Shown: positions 9,597-19,883, counted from the stretch's first letter. The stretch is 64,000 bases of DNA from Calditrichia bacterium (GCA_050633245.1 JBOEGD010000020.1:173492-237491), one strand, 5' to 3'. The notes: a model not told the origin generated them from the letters alone. Numbers and translations are program-made.

Positions 9597-10781
9597 ATGA
9601 TATCCTTGAAAAGTGAAAAGCTGTTGATAGATGACTCGGTCAACTCAGCGATGCGGCGCGCTGGCACAGCGGCATTTGATTGTCTGGCTTTACCCGACAA
9701 ATTTTCAGGAGCGGCATATTACATATATCATTTAACACGAGCCGTACTGCAGTCGAATCGCTCGTTTAATATTGCTGTCATTTGTCGTCCAATACATGCA
9801 GAATTGTTCTCTGCCCTTCTTCTCCCGGGAGATAAGCTTATCACACCGCCCCTCAGTAATCGGTTCGAGAGGTTGTTCTTTTATGAATTTCGCTTGAAAA
9901 CACTTCTGAAGAAACATGCCATCGGTCTTTTCTATGCGATGCATTATATTACGCCACCACGCTCCCGCGATTATTCGATTATCAACACGGTTCATGATCT
10001 GGGGTTTTTGCTGCACCCAAACTATTATCCAATGATAAAACGCCTCTATTTTGGCTCAAGGCTGCCGCTTTTCCTGAAGCGGTCGGATTTGATCTCTGCA
10101 ATCTCGCTTTCGACAGCAGAAAGCTTAAAGAAGCTCTTTCCTCAGTATGCCGATCGAGTGGTGGTAAATGTGCCCGGAACAGATCATTTAATTTTCGAGG
10201 ACGCTTCCGGTGGAATTGTGAATGAGAGGCCCCCTTTTTTCCTCGCTGTAAATACGTTTGAAAAGCGTAAAAATATCCCTTTTCTGGTACGCGTCTTTAA
10301 TCGTCTGAAACAGCAGTATAATATGCCGCATCAGCTCGTTTTAGTCGGCCAGCGGGCCAATGGTGCAGCTGAAGTCTATCGTGAAGTGGAAAACTCTCCT
10401 TATAGTGAAGACATACTGCTACCGGACTGGGTTGAAGAAGATACTCTGGCAAACTATTACCGTCATTGTGATGCGTTCTTAAACGCTTCTTTTTATGAAG
10501 GATTTGGTTTTACTCCACTAGAAGCCATTCGCTATCAGCGCCCGGTATTTCTCTATAAAAACACCACTGCTAATGAATTTCTTGGTAATCAAAAAACAAT
10601 ATTTCCGCATCTTAATGCCGACTCCTGGGCAGATTCCATTTTCTCGGCCTGGAAGAAGGGTTATCCGGAACGAATCTCTCCCGATTCATTTTTGCCGCAT
10701 ACCTGGCAGAAGTCTGCCATCGGAGCGGTGCATCAGATTGAACATCTTATGAAAAAGGATGAGATCCGTGTATCAAAATGA
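9597..10781 (+). CDS. GT4 family glycosyltransferase (MtfB-like)
   Basis: TVHDL, AISLST, NTFEKRKN and SFYEGFGFTPLEA (Ex7E) motifs. Confidence 0.85.
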   Translation: MISLKSEKLLIDDSVNSAMRRAGTAAFDCLALPDKFSGAAYYIYHLTRAVLQSNRSFNIAVICRPIHAELFSALLLPGDKLITPPLSNRFERLFFYEFRLKTLLKKHAIGLFYAMHYITPPRSRDYSIINTVHDLGFLLHPNYYPMIKRLYFGSRLPLFLKRSDLISAISLSTAESLKKLFPQYADRVVVNVPGTDHLIFEDASGGIVNERPPFFLAVNTFEKRKNIPFLVRVFNRLKQQYNMPHQLVLVGQRANGAAEVYREVENSPYSEDILLPDWVEEDTLANYYRHCDAFLNASFYEGFGFTPLEAIRYQRPVFLYKNTTANEFLGNQKTIFPHLNADSWADSIFSAWKKGYPERISPDSFLPHTWQKSAIGAVHQIEHLMKKDEIRVSK

Positions 10782-11610
10782 CATATTAGCCACAATAAAA
10801 TTGGCGCATTTCTACAAAAGTGCATTTACGCCTCAACAGGTTCGCCGCTATATGCGCCGAAAGGTCTCTCAGTCCGATTTCGAAGATCAGCTTGCACAGC
10901 TGATGAGTGAAGGTACTATTTGGCAACAGGATGGTGCATTGTTTAGTGCTGATCTACTCGAGCTTTATAATCAGAAAAAAACCTGGAGTCGTGATCTTTT
11001 TATGGAGCACAAAAAGTTGCTGGGGTGGTTAACCCGAATGCCATGGGTGCGTTTTGTCGCTCTTACCGGGGCAAATTCATTCGAATCTTGCCGTGAAAAT
11101 GATGATATCGATCTGTTTCTGATTACCAGCCCGAAACGTCTGTGGATATCGTATGTTCTGTTAGTCATTTTTAGTAAGTTGTTTAGACGCAGACATGTAT
11201 TTTGCCTGAACTATCTAATCGACGAGACGCATTTGGAGATTCGAAAAAAAGATTATTATACCGCGGTTCAAATAATGCAAATGGTTCCATTAACGAACAA
11301 TTCATTAAGTAACCGCATCTTGCAAAGTAATCGCTGGATACTTTCGATTCTTCCCAATGCAGCATCTGCTCTGGAGAGGAAGCCCTTCTACCATCTCAGC
11401 TCACGCAAATTCCCCAAGGCATCAAAGTTCTCTCCGATGACATTGTTAAACCGTGCTATCTTTAGTGTTTACAGCAGACATCTGCGTCGTAAATATCCGA
11501 TGGAATTCGGTAAGGGAATTGCTCTCAGTGAGGGTGTTGCTCAATTAAACCGGGTAGATCATCACGATAGTTATGTGGATATTTATCGTGAAATAGAGGC
11601 AGCGCTATGA
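10759..11610 (+). CDS. Uncharacterised protein with a Pol-beta-like nucleotidyltransferase motif
   Basis: PWVRFVALTGANS...DDIDLFLIT resembles hG[S/A]x9-13DxD. It is followed by RLW, FCLNY and NxW..LPN motifs and overlaps both neighbouring genes. Confidence 0.65.
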   Translation: MRSVYQNDILATIKLAHFYKSAFTPQQVRRYMRRKVSQSDFEDQLAQLMSEGTIWQQDGALFSADLLELYNQKKTWSRDLFMEHKKLLGWLTRMPWVRFVALTGANSFESCRENDDIDLFLITSPKRLWISYVLLVIFSKLFRRRHVFCLNYLIDETHLEIRKKDYYTAVQIMQMVPLTNNSLSNRILQSNRWILSILPNAASALERKPFYHLSSRKFPKASKFSPMTLLNRAIFSVYSRHLRRKYPMEFGKGIALSEGVAQLNRVDHHDSYVDIYREIEAAL

Positions 11611-13034
11611 AAGTATTAATTAGCCACTCGTATTTTTTATACCTCGATGCAAAGGAGGCTGCTACGGGTAAGCCATATCCACCGTTGGCTTCCATTACCC
11701 TGGTTTCGTGGTTAAAGCAAGAGCTTGGAATTGATGCTGTCTTTCATGACGTAATGTTCGACCGTGATACCAGCGATCTTATTAAAGCCATTCGTCGCGA
11801 GAAACCCGATGTATTTATCTTATATGATGATGATTTTAATTTCCTTACTAAAATGTGCCTGCAAAACATGCGCGAGGCTATTTATGAGGTGATGCAGAAC
11901 GTAGAGAAACCGGGTCTTTTTCTCGCACATGGCTCGGATGCTTCCGATCAGGCCGATGAGTATCTGCGTTCCGGCTTTGATGTGATTGTCAATCGCAATG
12001 CCGAGAAAACAATCGTAGAGTTATTGAGTGCGCTGAAGACAGACGGTAAGCTTCCGGATTTGAATCGCGTCGACGGCATAAATTTCCTGCATGACAATGA
12101 ATTGATCAGCAGGCCGCAAATTCGCAAAAATCTACCGCTTGAAAATGCCCCACAACCTGCCTGGAATTCCATCAGTGTCGAGCCATATCGACAAATGTGG
12201 CAGGCAAGTCAGGGCTATTTTTCGCTGAATGTATCGACTTCTCATGGCTGTCCATTTCGCTGCAACTGGTGCGCAAAACCGCTTTATGGTCGCACCTACA
12301 AATCCATTACTCCTGAACGAGTAGCGGAAGAATTTCGCGTTTTACAGCACGATTTAAAAGCCGATATGCTTTGGATTACCGACGATATTTTTGCCCTGCA
12401 AAAAGGCTGGCTGGGCGAGTTGGCGACTCATCTTGAAGCCAAAAATGTACATATCTCCTATAAGTGTCAGAACCGGGCAGATTTAATTACCGAGGAATTG
12501 GCCGCCGATCTGCAGCGCACAGGGTGTAAGGAAGTATGGCTTGGCGTAGAGTCTGGCTCGCAGAAGATTCTGGATGCAATGGACAAAGATGAAACAGTGG
12601 AAACCATAAAGACCGCGAATCGCATCTTAAAAAAGCATGGTATCGAAGTCGGTTTTTTTCTGCAGTATGGTTATACCGGTGAAGATTATGCAGATATCCA
12701 AAAGACGCTACAGCTGGTTCGCGAGTGCTTGCCGGAACATATTGGAATCTCCGTTTCTTATCCGCTAAAAGACACACCGTTTTACGAACGAGTTGCCGAG
12801 CAGATGGGCGAGAAGAAAAACTGGTCTGACAGTGGCGATCTTGCAATGATGTTTACCGGCAAGTATCATCCGGACTTTTACCGGGCGCTGCACCAATACA
12901 CGCACCACTATTTTGGATTCGTTTCATTATTTAGACCTCAGCCGCTCAAAAAACGTATACGCCGGCTGGCGGCACAGTACAAACACATTCCCGGAATGTT
13001 TAAATATAAACGCATGATGAAGGTCTGGCTATGA
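11607..13034 (+). CDS. Cobalamin-binding domain radical SAM protein (paralog 1)
   Basis: N-terminal PYPPL B12-domain motif, SHGCPFRCNWC (CxxxCxxC), DDIF and GVESGSQKILDAM; ATGA overlap with the upstream gene. Confidence 0.9.
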   Translation: MKVLISHSYFLYLDAKEAATGKPYPPLASITLVSWLKQELGIDAVFHDVMFDRDTSDLIKAIRREKPDVFILYDDDFNFLTKMCLQNMREAIYEVMQNVEKPGLFLAHGSDASDQADEYLRSGFDVIVNRNAEKTIVELLSALKTDGKLPDLNRVDGINFLHDNELISRPQIRKNLPLENAPQPAWNSISVEPYRQMWQASQGYFSLNVSTSHGCPFRCNWCAKPLYGRTYKSITPERVAEEFRVLQHDLKADMLWITDDIFALQKGWLGELATHLEAKNVHISYKCQNRADLITEELAADLQRTGCKEVWLGVESGSQKILDAMDKDETVETIKTANRILKKHGIEVGFFLQYGYTGEDYADIQKTLQLVRECLPEHIGISVSYPLKDTPFYERVAEQMGEKKNWSDSGDLAMMFTGKYHPDFYRALHQYTHHYFGFVSLFRPQPLKKRIRRLAAQYKHIPGMFKYKRMMKVWL

Positions 13035-14416
13035 AGCTGTTGCTAACGCACACTTATTTTTTGGAAGAAGATGCTTACGAGAAAAAGGTGATGAAACCCT
13101 ATCCGCCCTTGGGCATTTTGTATCTTTCTGCATGGATGAAGAAACATGATTGCGATGTGGAAGTATTTGATTCGACATTTTCTTCTTTAGATAAACTTCT
13201 GGAAAAACTGCAAAATGATAAGCCGGACATTCTGGGCATTCACTGTAATCTTCTTACCAAATTTGTTGTGCTAAAGCTGATCCGTTACTGCAATGAGAAT
13301 GGTATCATTGCCCTCTTGGGCGGCCCGGATGCTTCTACCCAGGTTCAGGAGTTTCTTGAGTATGGTGCTGATATCATTATCTCCGGAGAGGGTGAAGATG
13401 CCCTTCTGACCGTAATAACCGAACTGGAGAGTGGGCGTAGTCATCGCGAGCTGCACGATATTTCAAATGTTAGTTTTCGAGACGCCGATGGAAAGATTGT
13501 TCAGAATCTACGGAAGGCCGGCAAGCGGCAGTTGGATGACTATCCCTGGCCAGACCGCGAGGCGATCGATTTAACGCGGTATCTGGATGTCTGGGAAACT
13601 CATCATGGACAGCGCTCGGTTTCATTGATTACTGCACGTGGATGCGCATTTACATGTAAGTGGTGCAGCCATTCGGTTTACGGTCATACACATCGCCGCA
13701 GGCGTCCGGAAAAAGTAGTTGAAGAAATCCGTTGGATTACCAAAACCTACAGGCCGACGCACCTTTGGTATGCCGATGATGTGTTTACTGCCAATAAGCG
13801 CTGGTTGCAAAAGTTCAATGCGCTGATGCAGGCCGAAGGATTGGCGCTGCCGTTTGAATGTATTGCCCGTGCCGACAAAATTGATGATGAAATTGTGCAG
13901 ATTTTAAAAGAACTCGGTTGTTACCGCGTCTGGTTTGGGGCGGAGTCCGGCTCGCAAAAGATTCTGGATGCAATGGCTCGTGGAGTAACCAAGCAGCAGA
14001 TTTCTGATGCGACCAGATGGTGTCGAAAGCATGGTGTTGAAAGCGGTTACTTTGTGATGTTTGGCTATCCCGGTGAAGAATTAACGGACATTTATGAAAC
14101 CATCGATTTTGTTCAGCAGCAACAGCCGGATAAGTATTTAACCACGATTGCCTATCCGCTGCGGGGCACCGCGTTGTTTGATGAAGCGCAATCAGATATT
14201 CTTTACCATAACGAGTGGGAATCGCATTTACAGCGAGAGCTGGAAATTGACAAACGCTTCAGCAGAGAACTCTATCAGTTTGCGATTAAAAAGCTGGCCA
14301 GCGACTATCGTCGCAAGCAGCTGAAAGCGCAGAAACAAGATTTTCCGAAGCAAGTGTATCATGGTTTGCGCTCGTATTATTGCGACGTCAATATTAAGCG
14401 CCTTGCGCGGGCATAG
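13031..14416 (+). CDS. Cobalamin-binding domain radical SAM protein (paralog 2)
   Basis: PYPPLGILYL, LGGPD, SGEGE, ARGCAFTCKWC, DDVF, GAESGSQKILDAM and FGYPGE motifs; ATGA overlap with paralog 1. Confidence 0.9.
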   Translation: MKLLLTHTYFLEEDAYEKKVMKPYPPLGILYLSAWMKKHDCDVEVFDSTFSSLDKLLEKLQNDKPDILGIHCNLLTKFVVLKLIRYCNENGIIALLGGPDASTQVQEFLEYGADIIISGEGEDALLTVITELESGRSHRELHDISNVSFRDADGKIVQNLRKAGKRQLDDYPWPDREAIDLTRYLDVWETHHGQRSVSLITARGCAFTCKWCSHSVYGHTHRRRRPEKVVEEIRWITKTYRPTHLWYADDVFTANKRWLQKFNALMQAEGLALPFECIARADKIDDEIVQILKELGCYRVWFGAESGSQKILDAMARGVTKQQISDATRWCRKHGVESGYFVMFGYPGEELTDIYETIDFVQQQQPDKYLTTIAYPLRGTALFDEAQSDILYHNEWESHLQRELEIDKRFSRELYQFAIKKLASDYRRKQLKAQKQDFPKQVYHGLRSYYCDVNIKRLARA

Positions 14417-14428
14417 CTGATTAAATAT

Positions 14429-14469
14429 GCTTGCTCTTCTCTCTTCGACAGGCTCAGGAGTTAGCAAGC
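14429..14469. repeat. REP-like half element within a GCTTGCT/AGCAAGC hairpin
   Basis: The CTTCGACAGGCTCAGG core resembles the arms of the element at 30017-30082. Confidence 0.4.
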
Positions 14470-14556
14470 CAATCCATTCTTTATCATCTTTAATCTTGCC
14501 GCTGTTGCTATCTTTAAATCGTTTGCATTCCCGCAGATATTTGATGAAAATTATTC

Positions 14557-17298
14557 ATGTCAAAGTCGAAAACCTCAACCTTTTTGCTTCTTGAAACCAA
14601 GCTGTATCGACCGAAGTGGCGATCAGGGATGGTACAGCGTCCGCGCCTTGCAGAAAGACTGCAACTGGGCAGCGAACGCAAGTTGACATTGATCTCTGCT
14701 CCGGCCGGTTTTGGTAAGACTACCTTGCTGGCAGAGTGGTTGGCTACTGCCAAGATGGCAAATCGCACTACTGGCTGGGTTTCACTCGATGCGGGTGATA
14801 ATGACCCAATCTCCTTTTGGACCTACTTTATTAAATCGATTCAAAATATTCAACCCTCGGTTGGTGAAAATGCACTGACACTGCTTCATTCGCCGCAGCC
14901 CGCTGAAGTGGATGAAATTCTCCCAAAGCTCATTAACGAAATAAGCGCAATTGAGAGCGATTTCTCAGTCGTACTCGATGACTATCATCTAATCGAAGCA
15001 GAGGCGATTCAAAAAGCGATGACTTTTTTACTCGATCATACGCCGGCACAAATGCACTTGGTTATCGCGAGCCGTACAGATCCGCCATTGCCTCTCGCCA
15101 AACTACGAGCTCGTGGGGAGCTGGTTGAGTTGCGTATCGCTGACATGCGTTTTGAGCATGAAGAGGCCACCAGCTTTTTTAGTCATTCAATGGGACTCAC
15201 TATTCCCGCGAAAGATGTTGTTGTGCTGGAAACGCGTACCGAAGGTTGGATTGCCGGTCTGCAGTTGGCAGCTCTGTCTTTGCAGGGACGTGATAATATG
15301 GAAGAGTTTATTGCGGACTTTTCTGGCGATGATCGCTATATCGGTGATTATTTGGTGGAGGAGGTGCTCCACCGTCAGCAGGATAGAGTACGTGATTTTC
15401 TATTACAGACATCTATTCTCGCCCGACTAAGTGGAGAACTATGTTACGCTGTAACCGGAGAAGCAGATAGCAAGCAGCTTTTGGAAGAGCTTGAACGTGG
15501 TAATCTCTTTGTGGTTCCGCTGGATGATAAGCGGCAATGGTATCGCTATCATCACTTGTTTGCTGAAGTAATTAATACTCGTCTGAAAAACCTGTATCCC
15601 GATGATGTGTCCATGCTGCATCGTCGTGCAAGTGAGTGGTATCAGCAAAATAGTCAACCTACTTCTGCCGTTTACCATGCTTTTGAATCTAAGGATTTTG
15701 AGTTCACTGCCTCTGTTATTGAATTGGCATGGACAGCAATGCGCAATGGGTATAAGGAAGGAATATTTCTTAGCTGGATGAAAAGAATTCCCGAAGAGTT
15801 TATTCAGGTTAGACCTGTTCTAAGTGTTGTCTACGCGTGGGCATTAATGGATGCAGGAGAATTGGAAGCAGGAGAATTGCGCCTTGATGCTGCAGAAAAG
15901 TGGCTGGAGCTTTTAGATAACCCAAATGGAAAATCCCCATTTCAGAAATCTGATATGGTGGTTACTAATAAGCATTATTTTAATATGTTAGCAGCGACTA
16001 TTGCGTCTGCCCGTGGATATCTATCTTTGGCATTTGGTGATGTTCCGGCTACGATTAACCATACTAAGCGCGCACTGATGCTTTTTCCTAAAAATGAGTA
16101 TTACGATCTTGGAGCACCGGCAGCGCTTTTAGGGCTTGCATACTGGTCCAGTGGGGACCTGACAGCTGCTTATCGTTCCCTTTCTGAAGGCATGGAATTC
16201 CTGAAAAAGTCGGATAATGCACTTCTGGCCATTAGTGGAACGTTTATCCTTGCTGAAATTATTTTGGCTCAGGGGCGTCTTCGTGATGCTATTACAACGT
16301 ATCAACAGTCTTTATTGCTTGCAGAAAAGCAGGGCGAAACAGCTTTTCCGGGAACTGTCGAGCTACATGTAGGTTTATCTGAGCTCTATGAAGAGCGTGG
16401 TGAAAGTGAAGTTGCGGCAGAACATCTGGCCAAAAGTAAGGAGTTGGGTACCGGTGCGATGATCCCAGGGAATGAATCTCGCTTATTCGCTGCCTTTTCG
16501 CGCTTAAAAGCTGCAGATGGGTTCCTGGATGAAGCAATGAAGCTTCTAAATGATGCCGAACAGGCTTATCGCCGGGATCCGGTTCCGGATGTGCGACCAA
16601 TTGGTGCGCTAAAGGCCAGAGTCTTGATTAAGCAGGGAAGGCTCGGCGAAGCGTTGAGCTGGGTTCGGGATGCTGATTTGTCTGTTGTCGATGAGCTGCA
16701 CTACATGCGCGAATTCGAACATATTACCTTGGCCAGAATCTTGTTGGCACTATATATCGCAGATAGCAGTCAGAGCGTTTTAGACCAGGCTGTTCAATTT
16801 TTGCAAAGGCTTCTGGAAGCAGCGGAGGCGGGAGCCAGAAATGGCAGCGTTCTGGAAATTCTCATACTTCAAGCGCTTGTCTATTTAGCAAGTGAAGATA
16901 AAAAAGCGGCTCTTTCTCCACTGGCGCGTGCTCTTGAAATCGCAGAGCCGGAGGGGTATGTCAGATCCTTTACAGGTGAAGGAGAGCCAATGCGTGAGCT
17001 GCTCAGACACGCCGTTGCGGCCGGATTCTCCGGAGACTATGCGCGTCGTCTTCTTACTTCCTTTGAAAAGGCGGAGCAAGCCCGTGCCGGCTCAACAGGT
17101 GCTGCTGTTTTGCTTACCGCTCGCGAGCTGGAAATTGTACGCTTAATTGCAGCAGGACTAAAAAACCAGCAGATTGCAGATCATCTGGTTATTAGCCTAC
17201 ACACGGTAAAACGGCATATTGCCAATGCTTATGGTAAACTTGAGGTCAGTCATCGTACCGAGGCCATTGCCAAAGCAACTGATCTTGGCCTTCTTTAG
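14557..17298 (+). CDS. MalT-like (LAL) ATP-dependent LuxR-family transcriptional regulator
   Basis: SAPAGFGKTT Walker A, LDDYH, TEGW, WYRYHHLF, a TPR region and a C-terminal LTARELEI...LHTVKRHIANAYGKL HTH. Confidence 0.92.
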   Translation: MSKSKTSTFLLLETKLYRPKWRSGMVQRPRLAERLQLGSERKLTLISAPAGFGKTTLLAEWLATAKMANRTTGWVSLDAGDNDPISFWTYFIKSIQNIQPSVGENALTLLHSPQPAEVDEILPKLINEISAIESDFSVVLDDYHLIEAEAIQKAMTFLLDHTPAQMHLVIASRTDPPLPLAKLRARGELVELRIADMRFEHEEATSFFSHSMGLTIPAKDVVVLETRTEGWIAGLQLAALSLQGRDNMEEFIADFSGDDRYIGDYLVEEVLHRQQDRVRDFLLQTSILARLSGELCYAVTGEADSKQLLEELERGNLFVVPLDDKRQWYRYHHLFAEVINTRLKNLYPDDVSMLHRRASEWYQQNSQPTSAVYHAFESKDFEFTASVIELAWTAMRNGYKEGIFLSWMKRIPEEFIQVRPVLSVVYAWALMDAGELEAGELRLDAAEKWLELLDNPNGKSPFQKSDMVVTNKHYFNMLAATIASARGYLSLAFGDVPATINHTKRALMLFPKNEYYDLGAPAALLGLAYWSSGDLTAAYRSLSEGMEFLKKSDNALLAISGTFILAEIILAQGRLRDAITTYQQSLLLAEKQGETAFPGTVELHVGLSELYEERGESEVAAEHLAKSKELGTGAMIPGNESRLFAAFSRLKAADGFLDEAMKLLNDAEQAYRRDPVPDVRPIGALKARVLIKQGRLGEALSWVRDADLSVVDELHYMREFEHITLARILLALYIADSSQSVLDQAVQFLQRLLEAAEAGARNGSVLEILILQALVYLASEDKKAALSPLARALEIAEPEGYVRSFTGEGEPMRELLRHAVAAGFSGDYARRLLTSFEKAEQARAGSTGAAVLLTARELEIVRLIAAGLKNQQIADHLVISLHTVKRHIANAYGKLEVSHRTEAIAKATDLGLL

Positions 17299-17473
17299 CA
17301 GCTAAGGCTTACTACCCTGCCTGCTGCCTACTGTTTTATCTACACCCCCCAAATTACACCTTTCAGCGTATTGTGCTAAGCTCATATTACCTGTAGTTTT
17401 TCCTGTATGTAAAGAAAAAGCCGCTCCAATAATAGATCGGCTTCGTTAGAAAAGCAACAATCAGGAGCAACAG

Positions 17474-19849
17474 GTGAAAAGGTTTATCTTGTGTGTACTA
17501 TGTACGATGTATTTCTCAATGCTGTCTGCACAGCAAACAGGAAGCATTATTGGGCGGGTAGTGGATAAAAATACCCAACAGCCATTAATCGGGGCAAATG
17601 TCTCTGTAATAGGAGATGATAGAGGAGCATCGACCGATAAAGATGGTGTTTTTAGGATTGGCGATCTTGAAGAGGATTTTTATAAACTGAGAATCGACTA
17701 CATTGGCTACGTGCCGCTGGTTCAGCCAAACATTCGCGTTGTTCGCAATAAAAGCTCGCAGATTGATAAAGTAGAAATGGTGGCCTCGGTGATCGAAGGT
17801 GATGAGATTTCAGTTAGTGCCGGCATCTTTCGTGAAGATCAGGAGAGTATTGTTTCCGGAACTCACTACAATCGCGAGGAAATTCGTCGTAGTCCGGGTT
17901 CGGCAAATGATGTGCTTCGCGCGATAGCAACAATTCCCGGTGTCAGCAACTCCGGAGGTGAATACGCCGCATATTCGGTTCGCGGCAGTAGCCCGCGCGA
18001 CAATCTGATTTTAGTAGACAATATTCCATTCGAAAAGGTAGTTCATTTCGATGGGAGTCCGAATGAATACGAGGATGCGCAGGGGGGCGGCTTCAGTATC
18101 TTCACACCATATTTAATTGAAGAAGCCGAATTTCAGGGGGGCGGCTTTTCTGCACGCTATGGTGGCAAGCATAGTTCTCTGTTGAGGTTGGGAGTAAAAG
18201 AAGGCAACAAGGAAAACCGTACGATTAGAGGAACATACGACCTGCTTGGTTGGGAATTGAACTATGACGGGCCGGCTCATCTAATAAAAAATACCCGCCT
18301 CAACCTTTCTGCACGTCATCAGGATTTTAAGCGAGTCATCGAACTGGCAGGTTTCGAGGAGTTTGGCTATCCACGCCTTACCGATCTAATCGGAAAAATG
18401 ACCACGGATATTAACCCCAATAATACTATCTCATTGTTGGGAGTCTTTGGGCCCGAGAAATTCGATCGCGACGTTACTCATATGTTGGCATCAGATGATA
18501 TGGACGATACGTTCTTGGCCGATACAGATGAAACGCGGTCTCTGTTGGGGCTGAACTGGCGAATGTTAACAGGTCGCTCCAGCTTTCTACACAGTACGCT
18601 TTATTATCGTCATAACGATCAGGTAAGGCAGTACGGCAAAGCCTATTTGGATTTGGCGAATGGGGAAGTGCCCACAGTCGAAACCATTCGCCAACGACCG
18701 GATATATACTCTTTGAATCAGCAGGAAACCGAGCTGGGCAGTAAAATCGATTTCACCTGGCAAACGCAATCAAACTCTACCTTTCGAGCCGGAGTTGAAC
18801 TGAATAGAATTGGTTTGGACGTTAGACAAACACAAAATGGCCTCGATACGCTCTACACTTATGACCAGAACGATTTTAGAGCCGATCCGACGCAAAACTA
18901 TATTGTTACCCGTCCGGAAGACATAAATGCCCGTTTCGATGATACAAAATCTGTTTTCAGCATGTATTCGGAATATGGGATGAATTTACTCTCCGGTCGT
19001 TTGTTGGTAACGCCGGGTATTCGCTATCAGTACAGCGAGTTTAGCAAAGATCACTATGTGTTGCCACGCTTTAGCTCGAGTATCAGAATAAATCAAAAAT
19101 CGCGGTTAAATTTAGCGATTGGGCTTTATAGTCAGACGCCGCGGTTTATCGATCTGGTTTCCGACGTGAATAACAATGGACTCAAGGATGAACTGTCTGC
19201 CCATTACATTCTTGGATTAACGCGCTACTTACGGGATGACTTGAAGTTTACTGCAGAAGTCTATTATAAATCATTCGATGAGCTTGTTGTTCAAAGCGAT
19301 CGCACAGTCGAAACCCGTACGAATGCCGGAGAAGGATGGGCGAGTGGCGTTGATTTTAGTTTGGTAAAACGTCTTGTAGATAAGGTCTATGGACAACTGA
19401 ACTATTCCTACGCACTTAGCGAGCGGGATGACAATAACGGTCTTGGAAGTTATGACCACGACTTTAATCGCCCACATATCTTCAATCTGCTCTTTGGCTA
19501 TGAACATAGCCGCAGTTGGGCCTTCTCAATGAAATGGAATTATACGTCAGGACAGCTTAGAAACGGTTTTATTATTCATGAGGATGTTCATGGCGACCGC
19601 AACCTTTTGCGTTACTCACAGGAAATTACGTCTCGAAACTCAGACCGAAAAGATGCCATCCATTCCTTGAATATACGCGCGGACTATCGCTATCAGATCC
19701 GACGGCTGGGCATTATCGCCTTTCTGGATATTTTCAACATTTATAATAACACCAATGCAAATCAGGAACGCTTTGTCGATAGAAGCGGTGAGATTGTTGA
19801 CGTTGGCTTGGGAATCGTTCCAACCTTTGGGTTTAAATTTGAACTTTAA
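17474..19849 (+). CDS. TonB-dependent receptor with N-terminal carboxypeptidase-regulatory-like domain
   Basis: Signal peptide, GRVVD...PLIGANV, plug motif VRGSSPRDN, GGFSARYG and C-terminal FGFKFEL; AGGAG RBS before a GTG start. Confidence 0.88.
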   Translation: MKRFILCVLCTMYFSMLSAQQTGSIIGRVVDKNTQQPLIGANVSVIGDDRGASTDKDGVFRIGDLEEDFYKLRIDYIGYVPLVQPNIRVVRNKSSQIDKVEMVASVIEGDEISVSAGIFREDQESIVSGTHYNREEIRRSPGSANDVLRAIATIPGVSNSGGEYAAYSVRGSSPRDNLILVDNIPFEKVVHFDGSPNEYEDAQGGGFSIFTPYLIEEAEFQGGGFSARYGGKHSSLLRLGVKEGNKENRTIRGTYDLLGWELNYDGPAHLIKNTRLNLSARHQDFKRVIELAGFEEFGYPRLTDLIGKMTTDINPNNTISLLGVFGPEKFDRDVTHMLASDDMDDTFLADTDETRSLLGLNWRMLTGRSSFLHSTLYYRHNDQVRQYGKAYLDLANGEVPTVETIRQRPDIYSLNQQETELGSKIDFTWQTQSNSTFRAGVELNRIGLDVRQTQNGLDTLYTYDQNDFRADPTQNYIVTRPEDINARFDDTKSVFSMYSEYGMNLLSGRLLVTPGIRYQYSEFSKDHYVLPRFSSSIRINQKSRLNLAIGLYSQTPRFIDLVSDVNNNGLKDELSAHYILGLTRYLRDDLKFTAEVYYKSFDELVVQSDRTVETRTNAGEGWASGVDFSLVKRLVDKVYGQLNYSYALSERDDNNGLGSYDHDFNRPHIFNLLFGYEHSRSWAFSMKWNYTSGQLRNGFIIHEDVHGDRNLLRYSQEITSRNSDRKDAIHSLNIRADYRYQIRRLGIIAFLDIFNIYNNTNANQERFVDRSGEIVDVGLGIVPTFGFKFEL

Positions 19850-19883
19850 TGATATTTTTTTAATGAGTCTGATAAGGAATCGA

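Noticed and set aside
10759-11610. CBASS CD-NTase or MNT antitoxin interpretation
   Set aside because: No Cap effector or HEPN gene is adjacent, and the gene is embedded in a biosynthetic operon.
12549-13976. Near-identical 34-nt stretch in both rSAM genes (12549-12582 and 13943-13976)
   Set aside because: It encodes the conserved ESGSQKILDAM motif, so protein constraint explains it. There is no reverse transcriptase or adenine-specific pattern suggesting a DGR.
11607-14416. Calling the rSAMs bchE or hpnP/hpnR
   Set aside because: There is no photosynthesis or hopanoid gene context, and only family-level motifs are visible.
19755-19883. Extended N-terminus of the MDR ORF
   Set aside because: It overlaps the TBDR 3' end; the RBS and domain start fit 19884.
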